In this document: piece by piece, positions 12,766 through 24,399 of the stretch
Position numbering within the stretch: position 1 is the first letter of the stretch
How the letters are laid out: every line of letters begins with the position of its first letter
Source: Neoechinorhynchus agilis
Taxonomy: Eukaryota > Animalia > Acanthocephala
Direction: 5' to 3'
Assembly (NCBI GenBank): GCA_051530055.1
Contig: CM121342.1
Coordinates: 15,267,480-15,331,479, forward strand
Length of the DNA stretch: 64,000 bases
The notes under the pieces: model-generated
Database searches by the model: none
The model's input: only the letters and a program-made list of their open reading frames with translations
Told to the model about the DNA's origin: nothing
Position numbers and translations under genes: made by a program

Positions 12766-13819
12766 ATCATTTAACTTAACTATCTATATTAATCTTTTAA
12801 TTATTAAACACCATACTTGTTTGTCTCCTGGTAGCAAAAATATTATATGCAACACATTATCAAAAAGCGTCTTATAAGTAACAATAAAACATATAAAAAA
12901 CTTAATGGTCACCTTAAAAACAAACTTTATATATATATAATACACAGACATTAGTAAAATTAGAAAAAAATAAAAGAGCAAAATAACGAGGATATTAATG
13001 CAATATCAACATGGTTCAACTTTATTCAGGAAGGACTGTTGCCATAAAAATCCTATTTATTGTTTTCTGGAAATTTAAATCGACTAATTTTCATGCAGGA
13101 GATTTTTCGAGAAGATCCGTGCGTAAACATTATGTTATTCCGAGTAAAATGTACATTCTTGTGGTGACCCTACGTGCTTATTTTTAGATTTGAATTGATA
13201 ATGACTGATTGAATCAATCGAAATATTTTCTTCTTTAATGATCCCTCTCGGGTGCCGATGACCGACTAAAATAATAACTTACAATTATTAGTTTAGCAGA
13301 TCATAAAACTTGTGTTGATAATTTTTCCAAACTTCATCTTAAGAAATTGAAGGCGGACAAAATATTTGATGGATCATTGGAGTCACTGTGATAAAAGGTT
13401 TAAATCTCATGCAATCTATGCAGTGAAGCCAAGGATGTAGAATCAAAATTTGTTGCGCAAAGCTTGTTAATATATCGAACCGCTAGTGGAACGCTTTCAT
13501 AGAAATAAATTATCTTTGACTCACTGAAAAATAAACTCTAAAGAAATAAGCTTAGTCAACATAGTGATAGTTATATAAATGCTTTAAGCGCGTGGATTTA
13601 AAAATGCAATAAAATGACATTAATTTGAAGAAATGCTTCTCCAGTGCGGTGATTAAGATATTTTTGGAATTTGCACACGAAATGGAGATATAGCACTTCA
13701 TTGCTTCAGGTATTTTTCCAACTACTGATGCTCACATTTCCGATACAATGTCGAAAATAAATGCTTTTAATAATAAATGTGTTTATTAATGTTAAGGTTA
13801 TATATGTGATTAATTATTA

Positions 13820-14955
13820 TTAAATAAGCCAATATACCTCATCCTGCTCTCTAATATATTCGTCCTCTGGTTCTAACTCATCTTCCTCGCGTATATAATC
13901 ATCATCTGTTGATGTTGTTAATTGCTTAGACATCTTCCTTTCAGTACTTGTTGATAAAACTTCCTTAGGAGTTTCTGTGGTAAATTGTCTAATCGAGAAA
14001 GGAGTAATCGACATATTGGCGTCCTTTAGGCTGAGCTGAATGCAAACGAGTATGCCGGTGAATAAATGAGACAAAAACGCCTTACCTTTAAGTATTTAGA
14101 AAGATTCGTCAAACGATCGGAAATTTCAAGTAATTTCTGTGCTGGCTCGGAGGAAATTTTCTCATTTTTTTCATTTAAACCAAGCTTTACTTCTGAAACG
14201 AGTTTATCTGTGTTAACCAAAGGAAGGATTGAGATTTGTTTTTCCTTCATAATTTTTGCTTCAGGTTTTGTTTTTGGTGCCGGTAGTTTGAGCAGTTTCG
14301 TAGGCAATATAATCGGAGCAGCGAAAAGTGCGTGTGAAATGCCGGGACGCTTTAACTGATTGCTCGTCCTAGCATCAACAAGAGCCGGCATGATGTTCTG
14401 CTGGGCGATTGGTATTCCTCCGGATGGATTATGTGTTACGGATATTTTATTTCCGGTTAACTGCTCGTCAAAGGATGCATAACCTTGCTGGTTATCTCCA
14501 GTATCCATATTTGAGTTCTGTTCAGCAGGTTGCTTTAACTCGGTATACGAATCAACTTCATCTTGCTTCAGTAGCAGATTTGTTTGTGAAGCATCAGGTG
14601 ATTGCAGTACTGATTGACCTGGCTGACTGGCAACAGGGGCAGCATTGGGCAATGGATAGTACTGGGGGCTTCCTTGGTGGTATTGTGAGCAGGGCTGGCA
14701 ATTTGGATAGCCGCAGTGTTGCTGACAGGGGTAACCGAACATTGAATTAAAACCATTGTATTGACCATTGCCCATTCCGTACGGCATGTCGTATTGCTGG
14801 GGATATTGACCATTACTGTAGAAGCGCTTTTGATTCTCAACGGTCTGGTTTTGATTGTTCGAAGCACGACCAATTTTATCCTGCTGAGGCTCTTCGGCGT
14901 TCGTAAGGTGGAAAACGGTGAAAACAAGGAGAATAGCACGAAGAACAAGATGCAT
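13820..14955 (-). CDS. Secreted protein B (~361 aa), paralogue of A; exons 14955-14086, 14035-13820
   Basis: First 27 aa identical to A; 50-bp GT-AG intron at the same position (LK|LSL); acidic DYIREEDEL tail. Confidence 0.85.
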
Positions 14956-15831
14956 TTTTGAACAGATGAGTAACAATTGATGAAGGAATATCTGATGTCT
15001 TAGATAGACTATGAACGAGTTATTTCGACACGGTATAAGCCTTCATAGTTTCACGAATTTGTAAACAACAAATATTTGAGCCTTGGCTTACAAAGACAAA
15101 CAAAATAATGATTGTTTTTGACCGTGTTATAGAAAAATTGATTGTTTACGTGAAAGACGGAATCCTCAATTTTTTTTGGAGCAAAGCAGCTATGTGGTTA
15201 GCAAAAAGCTTTCACTACGAATGCTCTGAATGTTTCGAAATCAGTTTTTTATTAGAATTCTCAGATAAATAATGTTAGGGTGAAAATTCGAAAAACAAAA
15301 AGTTTAGCTATTTAATATTCAAGGAAATTAAAATACTTTGAGATCAAAATTCCATTATTAGCCATTGCTCAATAGTGAACTTATAAAATTTGTCTATTTC
15401 CTGTTTTTCTCGTTTAATTGTAAGCGGCTCAAAATCCATAAAATTTCATTAGAAAACTCAGAAATATACATCGGGATTATATAAACTGCTCAATTCGCCA
15501 GGATGAGAAACTCGATGGATTGTCTTTTCGAAATTTCACTTTTAGCTACGTCGTAAAATATCCAGCGAACTGCAAAATGCGCTCGAAAATAAATTCGCGG
15601 TAAGCAAATTTTCCTTACAGCGAAATCTATCCTCCATTTCGATGAGAAAAATATATATAATTTTAAGAAATATAAATTTTAAAAGCCCCCAAATCAAATA
15701 AATGCATAATAATTTTTTTGTTATCTATTAAAATTCGACAGCATCATCTATTGCGATGTCTCTTGTTCCAGGGGAAGCGGATTAGACTCATTTGTTCCGC
15801 TTTTATCAAGATCGTTCTAAATTTTTCTGTT

Positions 15832-16502
15832 TTAATGAAGAAATGAGCAATAATTCGCCATTACCTTCAACGATTCCAGAAACTTTTCAAGATAAAGTTG
15901 AACGTCGTTGCAAATATTTCCGGTTTTGATTTCCTTTCTGATATTTAATGCCGACGAATAGTTATCTAATTTCGTCGCTTTCTCGTCATTAATATGAGCA
16001 TTTTCAGTTTCTACAGGTTTTCCGCTCAAAAGTTGCTGAGCTGGTTTAGGCACAGGATAGCAAGCTTGATTTAAATGAAAGTTAATAAACATTGGTTTTA
16101 GAAAGATTGGAAGTTGAGAAGATGATCCGTAAGCGATTGGACGAATTGTATGTGTTAGTGCCTCTCGCCTTCGCATATTTTGCTGAAGTGGTCGATTTTG
16201 ATTGTTCTGCTCGTCCGGACGATGGATACTTGAATGTGATCCGAGTTCAGCTTTATTACTTCTGAATACGAATTTCGTTGGCTGGCTTTTTGGTTCCTCT
16301 ATTACCGTCATAATATACAAATCATCATGCAATTTCGATTGATCGTCCTGACATAATCTCAGATCGGAATCGCACTTAGACGTTACAGCGGTGTAAAAAG
16401 ATTACTGCATGCCATCTCTTCTAGCAATGTGGATTGATAAACGCGAGTTTCGATGATACAGTAATGGCTAAAGAATTCCATAAAACAGTATACGAATACC
16501 AT
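15832..16502 (-). pseudogene. Right-arm copy of protein C gene, frameshifted near its 5' end (real lesion or consensus error)
   Basis: ATG at 16502; several small indels at 16385-16485 give an early stop; the remainder is nearly identical to 8705-9370. Confidence 0.55.
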
Positions 16503-19493
16503 TATTCCTTGCCAATAAACTGTTGAGTCTTATAGGTGTTATTCAAATGTCGAATTAACGCTACCAATACAATATGGTAGTTCGGGGACGATAGTTTCTT
16601 TGAACTAATCGATTTCGCTCGATATACCGACTATAAAATATATGTCCGTATCGTTATGATTAAAAGCGTGCTACGGCTTTGGACACCATTGAAACGACGA
16701 TTAAAGTTAGATGTAAAATCTTTGCGATTACCTAATTAAATTAATAATCCGGGCTTTCTTATTTTAAATCCCTACATATGCTTATTAGCTTTTTAATAGC
16801 TTGATCATTTTGATTTTAAAAATCGCTACTTTATTTTGAATATGGATTTAATTCTAAGATTATGAACAAAATCTTATACAAAATAGTTGAAAAGGAGGTT
16901 GATCATCTGTACAGTTTTACATTGATTCGACGAATAATTTAGAGCGCCGAAATGGCAAATGCCACAAAGGAGATTTCGTTAATATAACATTTTTTAACCA
17001 TTTGATATTAAAATCGTTTTCTGTAATATTACGTCCATGAGGACAATAACCTCGGTTAAGTTCATTGATAGCATTTGCGCTATATAAAATTTCAGTTTTA
17101 CAAGAAAAACGTCTATTTGTCAAAATAATTACTTTTGTGCCATGTTCAAAATTGCCAATCTATAAAATAGGAAAAATGATAACACGTCAAGAATCTTGTA
17201 CTTCATGATATGTGTTGAAATTTTGTGAAATACTTTGTAACCACGCTTAAATTTACTTTGACGAATCGATTATTCCGTAAAAGATGATTACAGAAATATA
17301 ATTGGGTATTTTGTTCAATTTTAATTTGTTTATGATCAATAGTATAATGGAGAAATTTGAAAAATCACATTCCACTGTTGTGAACGAAATCTTTATAAAG
17401 CAAGAGTTTCAGATATTTTAAAGCTTCGATAATAATTGTCTTGTACGTTGAATTGCTAGTCTCTTATTTATGGAACAAAAGATATATGTGAGGTTTAACA
17501 ATAGAGAAGTTGCTGATAAATCATACGACGCTTTTAAAACGTCCATCACTTAATAGCAATCTTCTGTCTTAAAGAAGTAGAATTCGATGATCTTCGGTGG
17601 GTACGTAAAATAAACAATTGCACGAAAAATCACAGAAAACATTGTTTTGGCACCCATAAAAGTTTGCATTTTCTATCCTTCATATAACCATGATAATTTA
17701 AGGGGGTAAAGTTATCCAACGGATGATTTATTTGATCAAAATGTCGATATTTAATGATGTGTGGAGGTTATAGATTCTAATGGTGTATGCTAATTATAGA
17801 AGTTTTTCTGTATTTACAGTCCACTTTAAACGATTTAATGAAATCTTCCAATTTCTTTTCACTTAATTCGCTTTTGAGTTTTTAGAATCGCGGTTTACCT
17901 CACCATCTGAAATGTTTCCCAAAAACGATATTTCCGATACGATTGAACACTTTGTTGATGTTTTGTGTTTCGCTAAGGCGGCGACAACAAAACTTAGAGC
18001 TACCCAAATTAAATGCATTTGTACCATAAAAAATTCTCGAATTGGGAAGCTGCATATTTTCGGCAACAAACAGAATTAAAATTTCGGTTCTTGAGTACTG
18101 CTATCGGCTATAAATGAACGAATAGAGATGGAGGAGAGATTGATCTATAGACGACACCTGAATAAAATCGCGAATCTTACATGTGATTCTAGCAGTTTCA
18201 GAAGCTTCGCTCTTTGTTCTTAAACATCTTAGAATTCTTCAATACTCGCTAAATGTTATTAGTAGCAGTTATCGTTTTGGACTGATCCATCAGATACAGT
18301 TATTGATTAGTGCATATTGATTAGTTATTCATAACAACGTAATCCGAATACAACAAGAACCCAAAGGAGGTTTTATCATTTATTATATTTATGCGATACA
18401 ATCATTGCCGACGTGCAAGACATTTTACTTAGATCACGAATCAAATCGATAATTCAAGTTCTTTAAAGATGTCAAAGGATATAGGCATTAATGACAAAAT
18501 CAAACTCAATCAATTGGATATATTTTTTGATGCCGCCAAACGAGTTCTTAAACAGGAAGCGAAAAACGCAATGTACCAAGAAATAAAGGAGAACGTCCTT
18601 AGGAAAGTCAACATGAGACGTAATGTATGGAACGGAGCAGCATCCTGCATATCTTCAGAGTCAAATGCAACAAAGTTATATTAAATGGAGAATGTCGTTT
18701 CTTGCGATGAAAACATCTCAGTCAAGTCCTATGTCGGAAATTAGTAGTCTTCTTTGCGAAACCGGATCGACAGACAACGAAGACAATCAACCAAACACCG
18801 TTGATTTATAAAAACAAAAACGTTGACTTTAAGATTTTAATTGTTACTTCTGGTGTCATTTTGCTCTGTCTAGAACAAACCATTGATCGATTTCAGCGTT
18901 CGAACAATACTTTCAAACGTCGCTCGGATAAAACATATTTTATAGGATTTCGACAATGGTCGTAAACTCGGTGAGATTTTTAAGATTCAGATTCGTTTCG
19001 CATCCTTATCGTTGCTCTGCCATCATTACTGTTTCTTCGCGATTCTCCTCCGTGGAATTAACCAACAAATAGATCAAAATGGATTTAAAACATCGACTTT
19101 CATTTTCGTACACTTTGCGTCTACAGAATTTAAGTATTGAAACAGCGACCTTTTAAAGGGCAAAAGACAGCATTTTGTCATCGAAATGAATCTCATCCAA
19201 AAATATTTTTAACCAAATAATTTAACATATTAACATCATTACTTTCTAGCGTAATGCCGGAACGTTCAAGTCGTCCACAATTTGCCTTGCCGGGAAAATT
19301 CACAGCGGTTCTTAATTGGTTGTAAATCTGCATTACTGGCACATGCGCGAAATATCGGCACGCAAATTGGTCGCTAAAAAGCGTGCTTATCCGCAAACCA
19401 AATGCATAAGATTCAGTCACGCCACTGACGGCTGTTTCTCGTTTTGCATCAGGATAAATTGTTAGCTTTCGCCTTATCTCATCAGTTTTCCAA

Positions 19494-20474
19494 ATGCAAC
19501 CAAGTCATCACATGCATGGATCTCTTATCGGTCATCTCGTTCCAAGCATTTATTTTGTTGGATTTGCCATTTTCTGGGCTTTTAAATTCTCATGTGAATA
19601 CTTCCAATGCCAAAAATTGCCTCAAGTGGGAGCAAAGCGATTTCTCTCGACTACATGGACACCTTGTTCGTCAGAGTCCAGACGACGAAAATATGCCATA
19701 ACTGAAACTCTCATAAAAATATTCTTATTGTCAATCGCTATTATGGGCGAATTAAGAAGCATGAGAAAAAATCAGATAAAATACAAGATTCTTAACAGCA
19801 CGGATGCGATAAACTTTGCTCCCTTCAATGTTCAACATGTCTCAATGTACTCAGGATTTTTATTTGCTGCTGCGATTGAACTTGTTTTTCTCGTCGCATT
19901 TTCCTTTCATAACGAACTCTCACGATCGATCATTTATTGTCTCTATATATTTGCGTTCTTTAATGAAGCTTTTTTATTCGCTTGTCACTTGCACGGACGA
20001 AATCCACTTGATCGGTTCGTCCACGAAGTTGTGGTTTTAGCGGCTACACTTTGTGGTTTGGGAGGAATATGGGAATTGAACGACCGAGGTAGTATCCTTC
20101 CAATTCTGGTTCGGTCATTCTGCGTTCTGCTCCAAGGAACATGGTTCTGTCATGTTGGAGTACTGATACACGCCAGTGCGAAATCTACTAATGCGAATCG
20201 GTCGATTAACGAGGAAGCTGCCAAGATTATGGAAACAGCCGTTGCAGTGACATGGCACTCAATTTTTGATATGCTAATCGTTGGATGTTTATTTGCTATG
20301 GGCAAACACAGAACTTTGCCTCGAACAGCGTCCGGAATTCGATTGTGCCCAATAGGTACGGAGCTAAACGATGTGGATTACATGGAAGTTCCAGCTTTAA
20401 ACAATGAAAGTTCTGAAAAGCGTGTTACTGCATCTTTCAGCTTATTGAACGAAAATGAACTAAGTGAGGTATGA
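19494..20474 (+). CDS. TMEM45: TMEM45-family (DUF716) multi-pass membrane protein, single exon
   Basis: GSLIGHLVPSIYF, NVQHVSMYSGF, FACHLHGRNPLDRFVH and LLQGTWFCHVG match TMEM45 motifs; several hydrophobic helices. Confidence 0.88.
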   Translation: MQPSHHMHGSLIGHLVPSIYFVGFAIFWAFKFSCEYFQCQKLPQVGAKRFLSTTWTPCSSESRRRKYAITETLIKIFLLSIAIMGELRSMRKNQIKYKILNSTDAINFAPFNVQHVSMYSGFLFAAAIELVFLVAFSFHNELSRSIIYCLYIFAFFNEAFLFACHLHGRNPLDRFVHEVVVLAATLCGLGGIWELNDRGSILPILVRSFCVLLQGTWFCHVGVLIHASAKSTNANRSINEEAAKIMETAVAVTWHSIFDMLIVGCLFAMGKHRTLPRTASGIRLCPIGTELNDVDYMEVPALNNESSEKRVTASFSLLNENELSEV

Positions 20475-20699
20475 GTTTCGTTTGACTTTAGAAATAAAAA
20501 CTCGATTTTATTTTACTAATAAATTAATCGAAACGAGGAACTGTTTCTTTCCATCGATTAACGCATTAGAAATTTCTTTATTTCTAATCGATTGAAACAT
20601 TCGGATAAAACTTATAAAAATATTTCGCGACGAAGATTCGCCTCATCAGTCACTTAAAAAAGTTTTTGTTATTTTTTATTTTACAGCTTAGGTACGCGG

Positions 20700-20990
20700 A
20701 CCTAGGGAAAGGCAATCCCGCGTGTCCGAACCAAAAAACAGCTAAAATCTTTTTAGATGGCTGACAAGGTGAGGTTTCCTCGTCAAATATTTCAAGCTCG
20801 TGAGGATTTTCTCTTGATGTTTAAAGACGTGCGATTCCATAGGACTTTCTCTTATTGTTTTCTCAACTATTTTAACTTGTTGGAGACGTCCTGATCATAA
20901 TCCCGGATACAGTGACTATTGAGACGAGGCATCCTCGCGAAACATCTCAATTATATATGTTTTATCTGGAGATTATGATCACCACAACTC
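20700..20990 (+). mobile_element. Two decayed Penelope-type pseudo-LTR segments with degenerate hammerhead motifs (~20761, ~20916)
   Basis: TTTTAGATGG-CTGACAAG-GTGAGG-TTT-CCTCGT-CAAATATT and CTATTGAG-ACGAGG-CAT-CCTCGC-GAAACATCTCA are homologous to the pLTR at 46450-46590 / 47637-47780. Confidence 0.65.
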
Positions 20991-21179
20991 CAACTCTATC
21001 ACACCGAAGGATATTATCTTGATGATTTAAGGGTTGGTTTCTTAGACATTCATCGATCAGGTAGTCCGTACAACGATAGTGTTTCGAATTCGCAAATTGT
21101 AAGTCTTCAATTCAAAAATCTTGTGACCTTTGACGGTTGCCTCGGAACGTTCTTAGACATTAGTAAATTGTATTGTTTT

Positions 21180-21700
21180 TGATTTTTAGTGGATGGTTTT
21201 CAGTCTTTCCTTTTCCTCTTGTCGTCTCTCTCTTCTCGGCGGTCGATTTCGTGTTTGGGTGTTGCAGTTCGGTAGGTGCGTTTCCAGGTCAGTGGGCCTT
21301 GAGCGAGATTTATTCAGGTTTTTGGTTTCAATGTTGGTTTTTGTCATGGCCGTTTTGGTCTGATCTCCAAATCGCTTGTATTGTCCTCCGCATTTTCTTG
21401 TTCCTTCACTCAGCTCGTCATAAATGAGTTGTTTCGGATTTCGTGTGGCACCCATTAACTCGCGATGATCAAGCCAGCGAAGCAGCAGGATTCGATAATC
21501 TCGCCGTCGACAGTAACGCGATTCGCCGATAGTTTCGATCCATGGATCTATCTCCTGGGTATTTTCAGTCCCAGATTTTGAGAATGATCAGGTGGAGCTT
21601 TGCTTGGACTTCAGTTCCTCCGTATTTCAACAACTCAGTCGGCATGTCGTCTGAGCCAGTGTATTTGTTGTTCTTAGGTTGTCGAATGGCTCTACTCAAT
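21180..21700 (-). mobile_element. RTE-like LINE fragment with internal deletions
   Basis: KNNKYTGSDDMPTELLKYGG...LHLIILKIW...YRRIALLS, typical of the RTE pre-RT/RT region. Confidence 0.7.
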
Positions 21701-21829
21701 TCACGGGTTAGGGATTAAAAATCTCTTTGGAAACTATTGATAGTGCGTTGAGGAGAGTGGAGAAGTGGTTACTCGAGCGCTAGCGTATTCCTTATTCAGT
21801 GATTATGGTCGTTGTGCCGTCAGTAACAT

Positions 21830-22253
21830 TCATTGGGGCTGATGACTGTCGAGTGGGACCAAAGATGTCACGAGCACAATTTCGCCACCGAAAATTCGCC
21901 AATCGTTGGTTCCCAAAGCGTATATAGTCAAATACGAGAAGAGAAGAGAAATAACAGATAGCAAAATGCCACAGCGGGCAAAAAACCACGAATATTTATA
22001 GGTTTGCACCGTCTTATTTCCTTCGGACAAGTACAAACCAATCCCTATAGCATTGCAGGAAACTAAATCAAAAAGAAATCAATTACTATAATGCCAAAAA
22101 ATACTCACATGCGAACTGTCCGATAATGGAAGCCAACAGTAAAAGGGCAAAAGATGTTCTTCTAGTGCACATACTGAACACAAGACAAATCCAAAATGCA
22201 ATCACATGCATCCATCCTGAGCATTGAAATAGCACTGCAGATATTTTTGTTGA
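21830..22253 (-). CDS. Claudin/PMP22-like tetraspan membrane protein, last two exons (22253-22109, 22062-21830); 5' exons unresolved
   Basis: 46-bp GT-AG intron joins ...WMHVIAFWICLVFSM...ALLLLASIIGQFA|FSCNAIGIGLY...YKYSWFFARCGILLSVISLLF: three hydrophobic helices plus a Y-x-Y-S-W-like motif before the last. Confidence 0.55.
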
Positions 22254-23319
22254 CTAGAAGCATAAAATCCACCATTAAATTGTACTTCGGACTCGTTTCT
22301 CAGGCGGAAAAATTCATGAAAATAGACCATGACCAAACTACAGCTCATAACTTTAGGAATCGATAAATTCATTGATCGATGAGTGAATGGCTTATGCGTT
22401 TAGAGTAGAGCAGGAATACTTCCCCGATCTCGCTTAGGCAGGGTTTTTTTGGGTCGCAAATATAAACACACAAATATCTATTCTAGGGCAATCAAGCAAA
22501 AACAACAAACTTATTGTTCCTTCCACGATATAAAATCGGCGTACAAAAGTATTTTCGCAGAGGAAATGAGTAAACAGTCTTTTTTACAGTGACATATTTC
22601 AATGTATACAAGAACTCGAATTCGTTGAACAACAACGAATTTTAAATTACTTGACGTTTACCGATGCCGAAGAATAATCTCGTTAATCACGTCTATCTGT
22701 ACTTTGTGTTCTCTTCTGATTTAAAATGCCTTTTCATCAAAAAACCAATCTGATATTACCACCCCGATTTATTTATATGCCGAACGTTTCTTTATTGATC
22801 AAAAGAGCTTCAAATTATGATGAACGTTGCCTTATGGTGTAGAATCGGACGAAAAGCTCGAAACGGAACAACTATGCTTATCATGCGTCAATATACTTTT
22901 AAGTCACGGATTTATCGCCCAAGATCTTTTTATGTAAAATTGAATAGAATCTTTTACTACGATATTTTTTAATTTTAATAGGATATTGACTTAATTTTCA
23001 CGGATAAACATTTGTTTAATTCTTTGTCTATTTCAATAAAAAATAAGCAGAACTTTAAAAAATATAGATAGCTAAAGACAAGGGTCAACTTATGCCTCGA
23101 TATAATTTAACAAGAGGGAGCCCCGAATTCGTCAATGACTTCTTACGATCTTAAATAATATCGCAATTAGCTTGTCGATTTATGTTCAAACACGAATCAT
23201 ATAAATAATAATGCAAATCAAGGAAAAAATCCGACGATAAAAATTATATCCTTCACGTTATGAAACCCTCTTCCATTAAGCCCTTCGATAAAACCATGTT
23301 ATTCACTTTTAATAATAAT

Positions 23320-23650
23320 AATAACACGTCTATTTGTTAAAATACAAATAGGACGCATGTACCTTTGGGTCCTTATAAGCACTCGAGTTCAGAGTTTTTC
23401 AAAAAAGCGTATCCGTTAGGATGAGAATATCCAGTGGAGGGATGTCCGATCGGGTGGAAACATGTCCGTTCGTTTGAGAATATCGGGTAGGTGGATGTTC
23501 CTTCTGGTGAGGAATGGTGGTTATTGTTTGCAGGAGAGCTTGTGAGGTTGGTCTTTGATGTGAATTGCGATATAGATCGATGCGCGTAATTAATTTATGC
23601 GCTACATCGATATAAAACCTCCCACGTGCGCGCGGTGCGCGCATCCATCA
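23320..23650 (-). mobile_element. LINE-like 3' end with (TTA)n-type tail
   Basis: AATAATAATAATAACACG tail; homologous to 5355-5430 and, more weakly, 34205-34270. Confidence 0.55.
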
Positions 23651-23959
23651 TTAGTGTCCGTTTTGTTTAATAAAAGCCAACTAAGGGCCATCACAGTCTT
23701 TCCTTAGGTTCATTTCAGGTTATGATATAAAAGATTGGGCAGTATTTTCTCTATACGGCGGGTAATTCCCTCCTCGAGATTTATTTGTAAACATGCAAAT
23801 TTTCAACGCCTAAACCTCCTTATCAAGCATCTAAAATCACATGTAGTAGCTTGGTATAGAGTGGGGTCCAACTCACTGGAAAAGTCATGGCCCCAACAGA
23901 TATAAGCTTAACGCTGCCTGCAACCTATTCTCGAGAGAGCTGTAAATAGGTAGCAACAA

Positions 23960-24360
23960 GTATGTGACAAAAAGGAGCATAAACATCACCGAGCGGAAAC
24001 TAAGAGACCTTGAGTACCCAACCTACGTCATTAAGAAGGCAATGGCCCATGACCACACAATCGACTTCGGAGGAGTGAAGGTGAAAATGGTGGAGAACGG
24101 GCTCCAAAGAAGGCTGATCAAGGAAGCCCTTCTCATCAACGCGGAGAGGACAATGGAAGACAACAAGAGCAACTTCGCTTTTGTCTTTCCGACAAATAAC
24201 CTCCGTGGAGTAGTAGCGCACAGGGTGAAGAGTCACCTCGGAAATTGATGGTCCCGCGCACACGAGTCCAGGGATCAAATGAGCTCCCCTACTGCATGTG
24301 ATTTTAGATGCTTGATAATGAGGTTGAGACCTCGAAAATTTGTATGTTCACAAATAAATC
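23960..24360 (+). mobile_element. Penelope-like 3' fragment: GIY-YIG C-terminus plus pLTR
   Basis: HDHTIDFGGVKVKMVENGLQRRLIKEALLI resembles the PLE endonuclease C-terminus; a hammerhead motif follows ~60 bp after the stop. Confidence 0.75.
24308..24345 (+). ncRNA. Minimal type I hammerhead ribozyme candidate, U3-A8 variant
   Basis: AUGC-UUGAUAA-U-GAGGU(UGAG)ACCUC-GAAA-AU-U-U-GUAU: 4-bp stem I, 5-bp stem II, palindromic AAUU stem III. Confidence 0.7.
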
Positions 24361-24399
24361 TCGAGGAGAAAAAAAACTCGCCGTACAGAGAAAATGAAG

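Larger units (their letters stand above)
5805..19391. repeat. Large inverted segmental duplication: arms 5805-10326 and 14875-19391, unique spacer 10327-14874
   Basis: Mirror-image ORF pairs (6385-/18469+, 7135+/17863-, 8081+/16917-, 8705+/15832-, 10225+/14976-). Outer ends GATAAGCACGCTTTTTAG / CTAAAAAGCGTGCTTATC; inner ends CAGCAGGATAAA / TTTATCCTGCTG. Confidence 0.97.
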
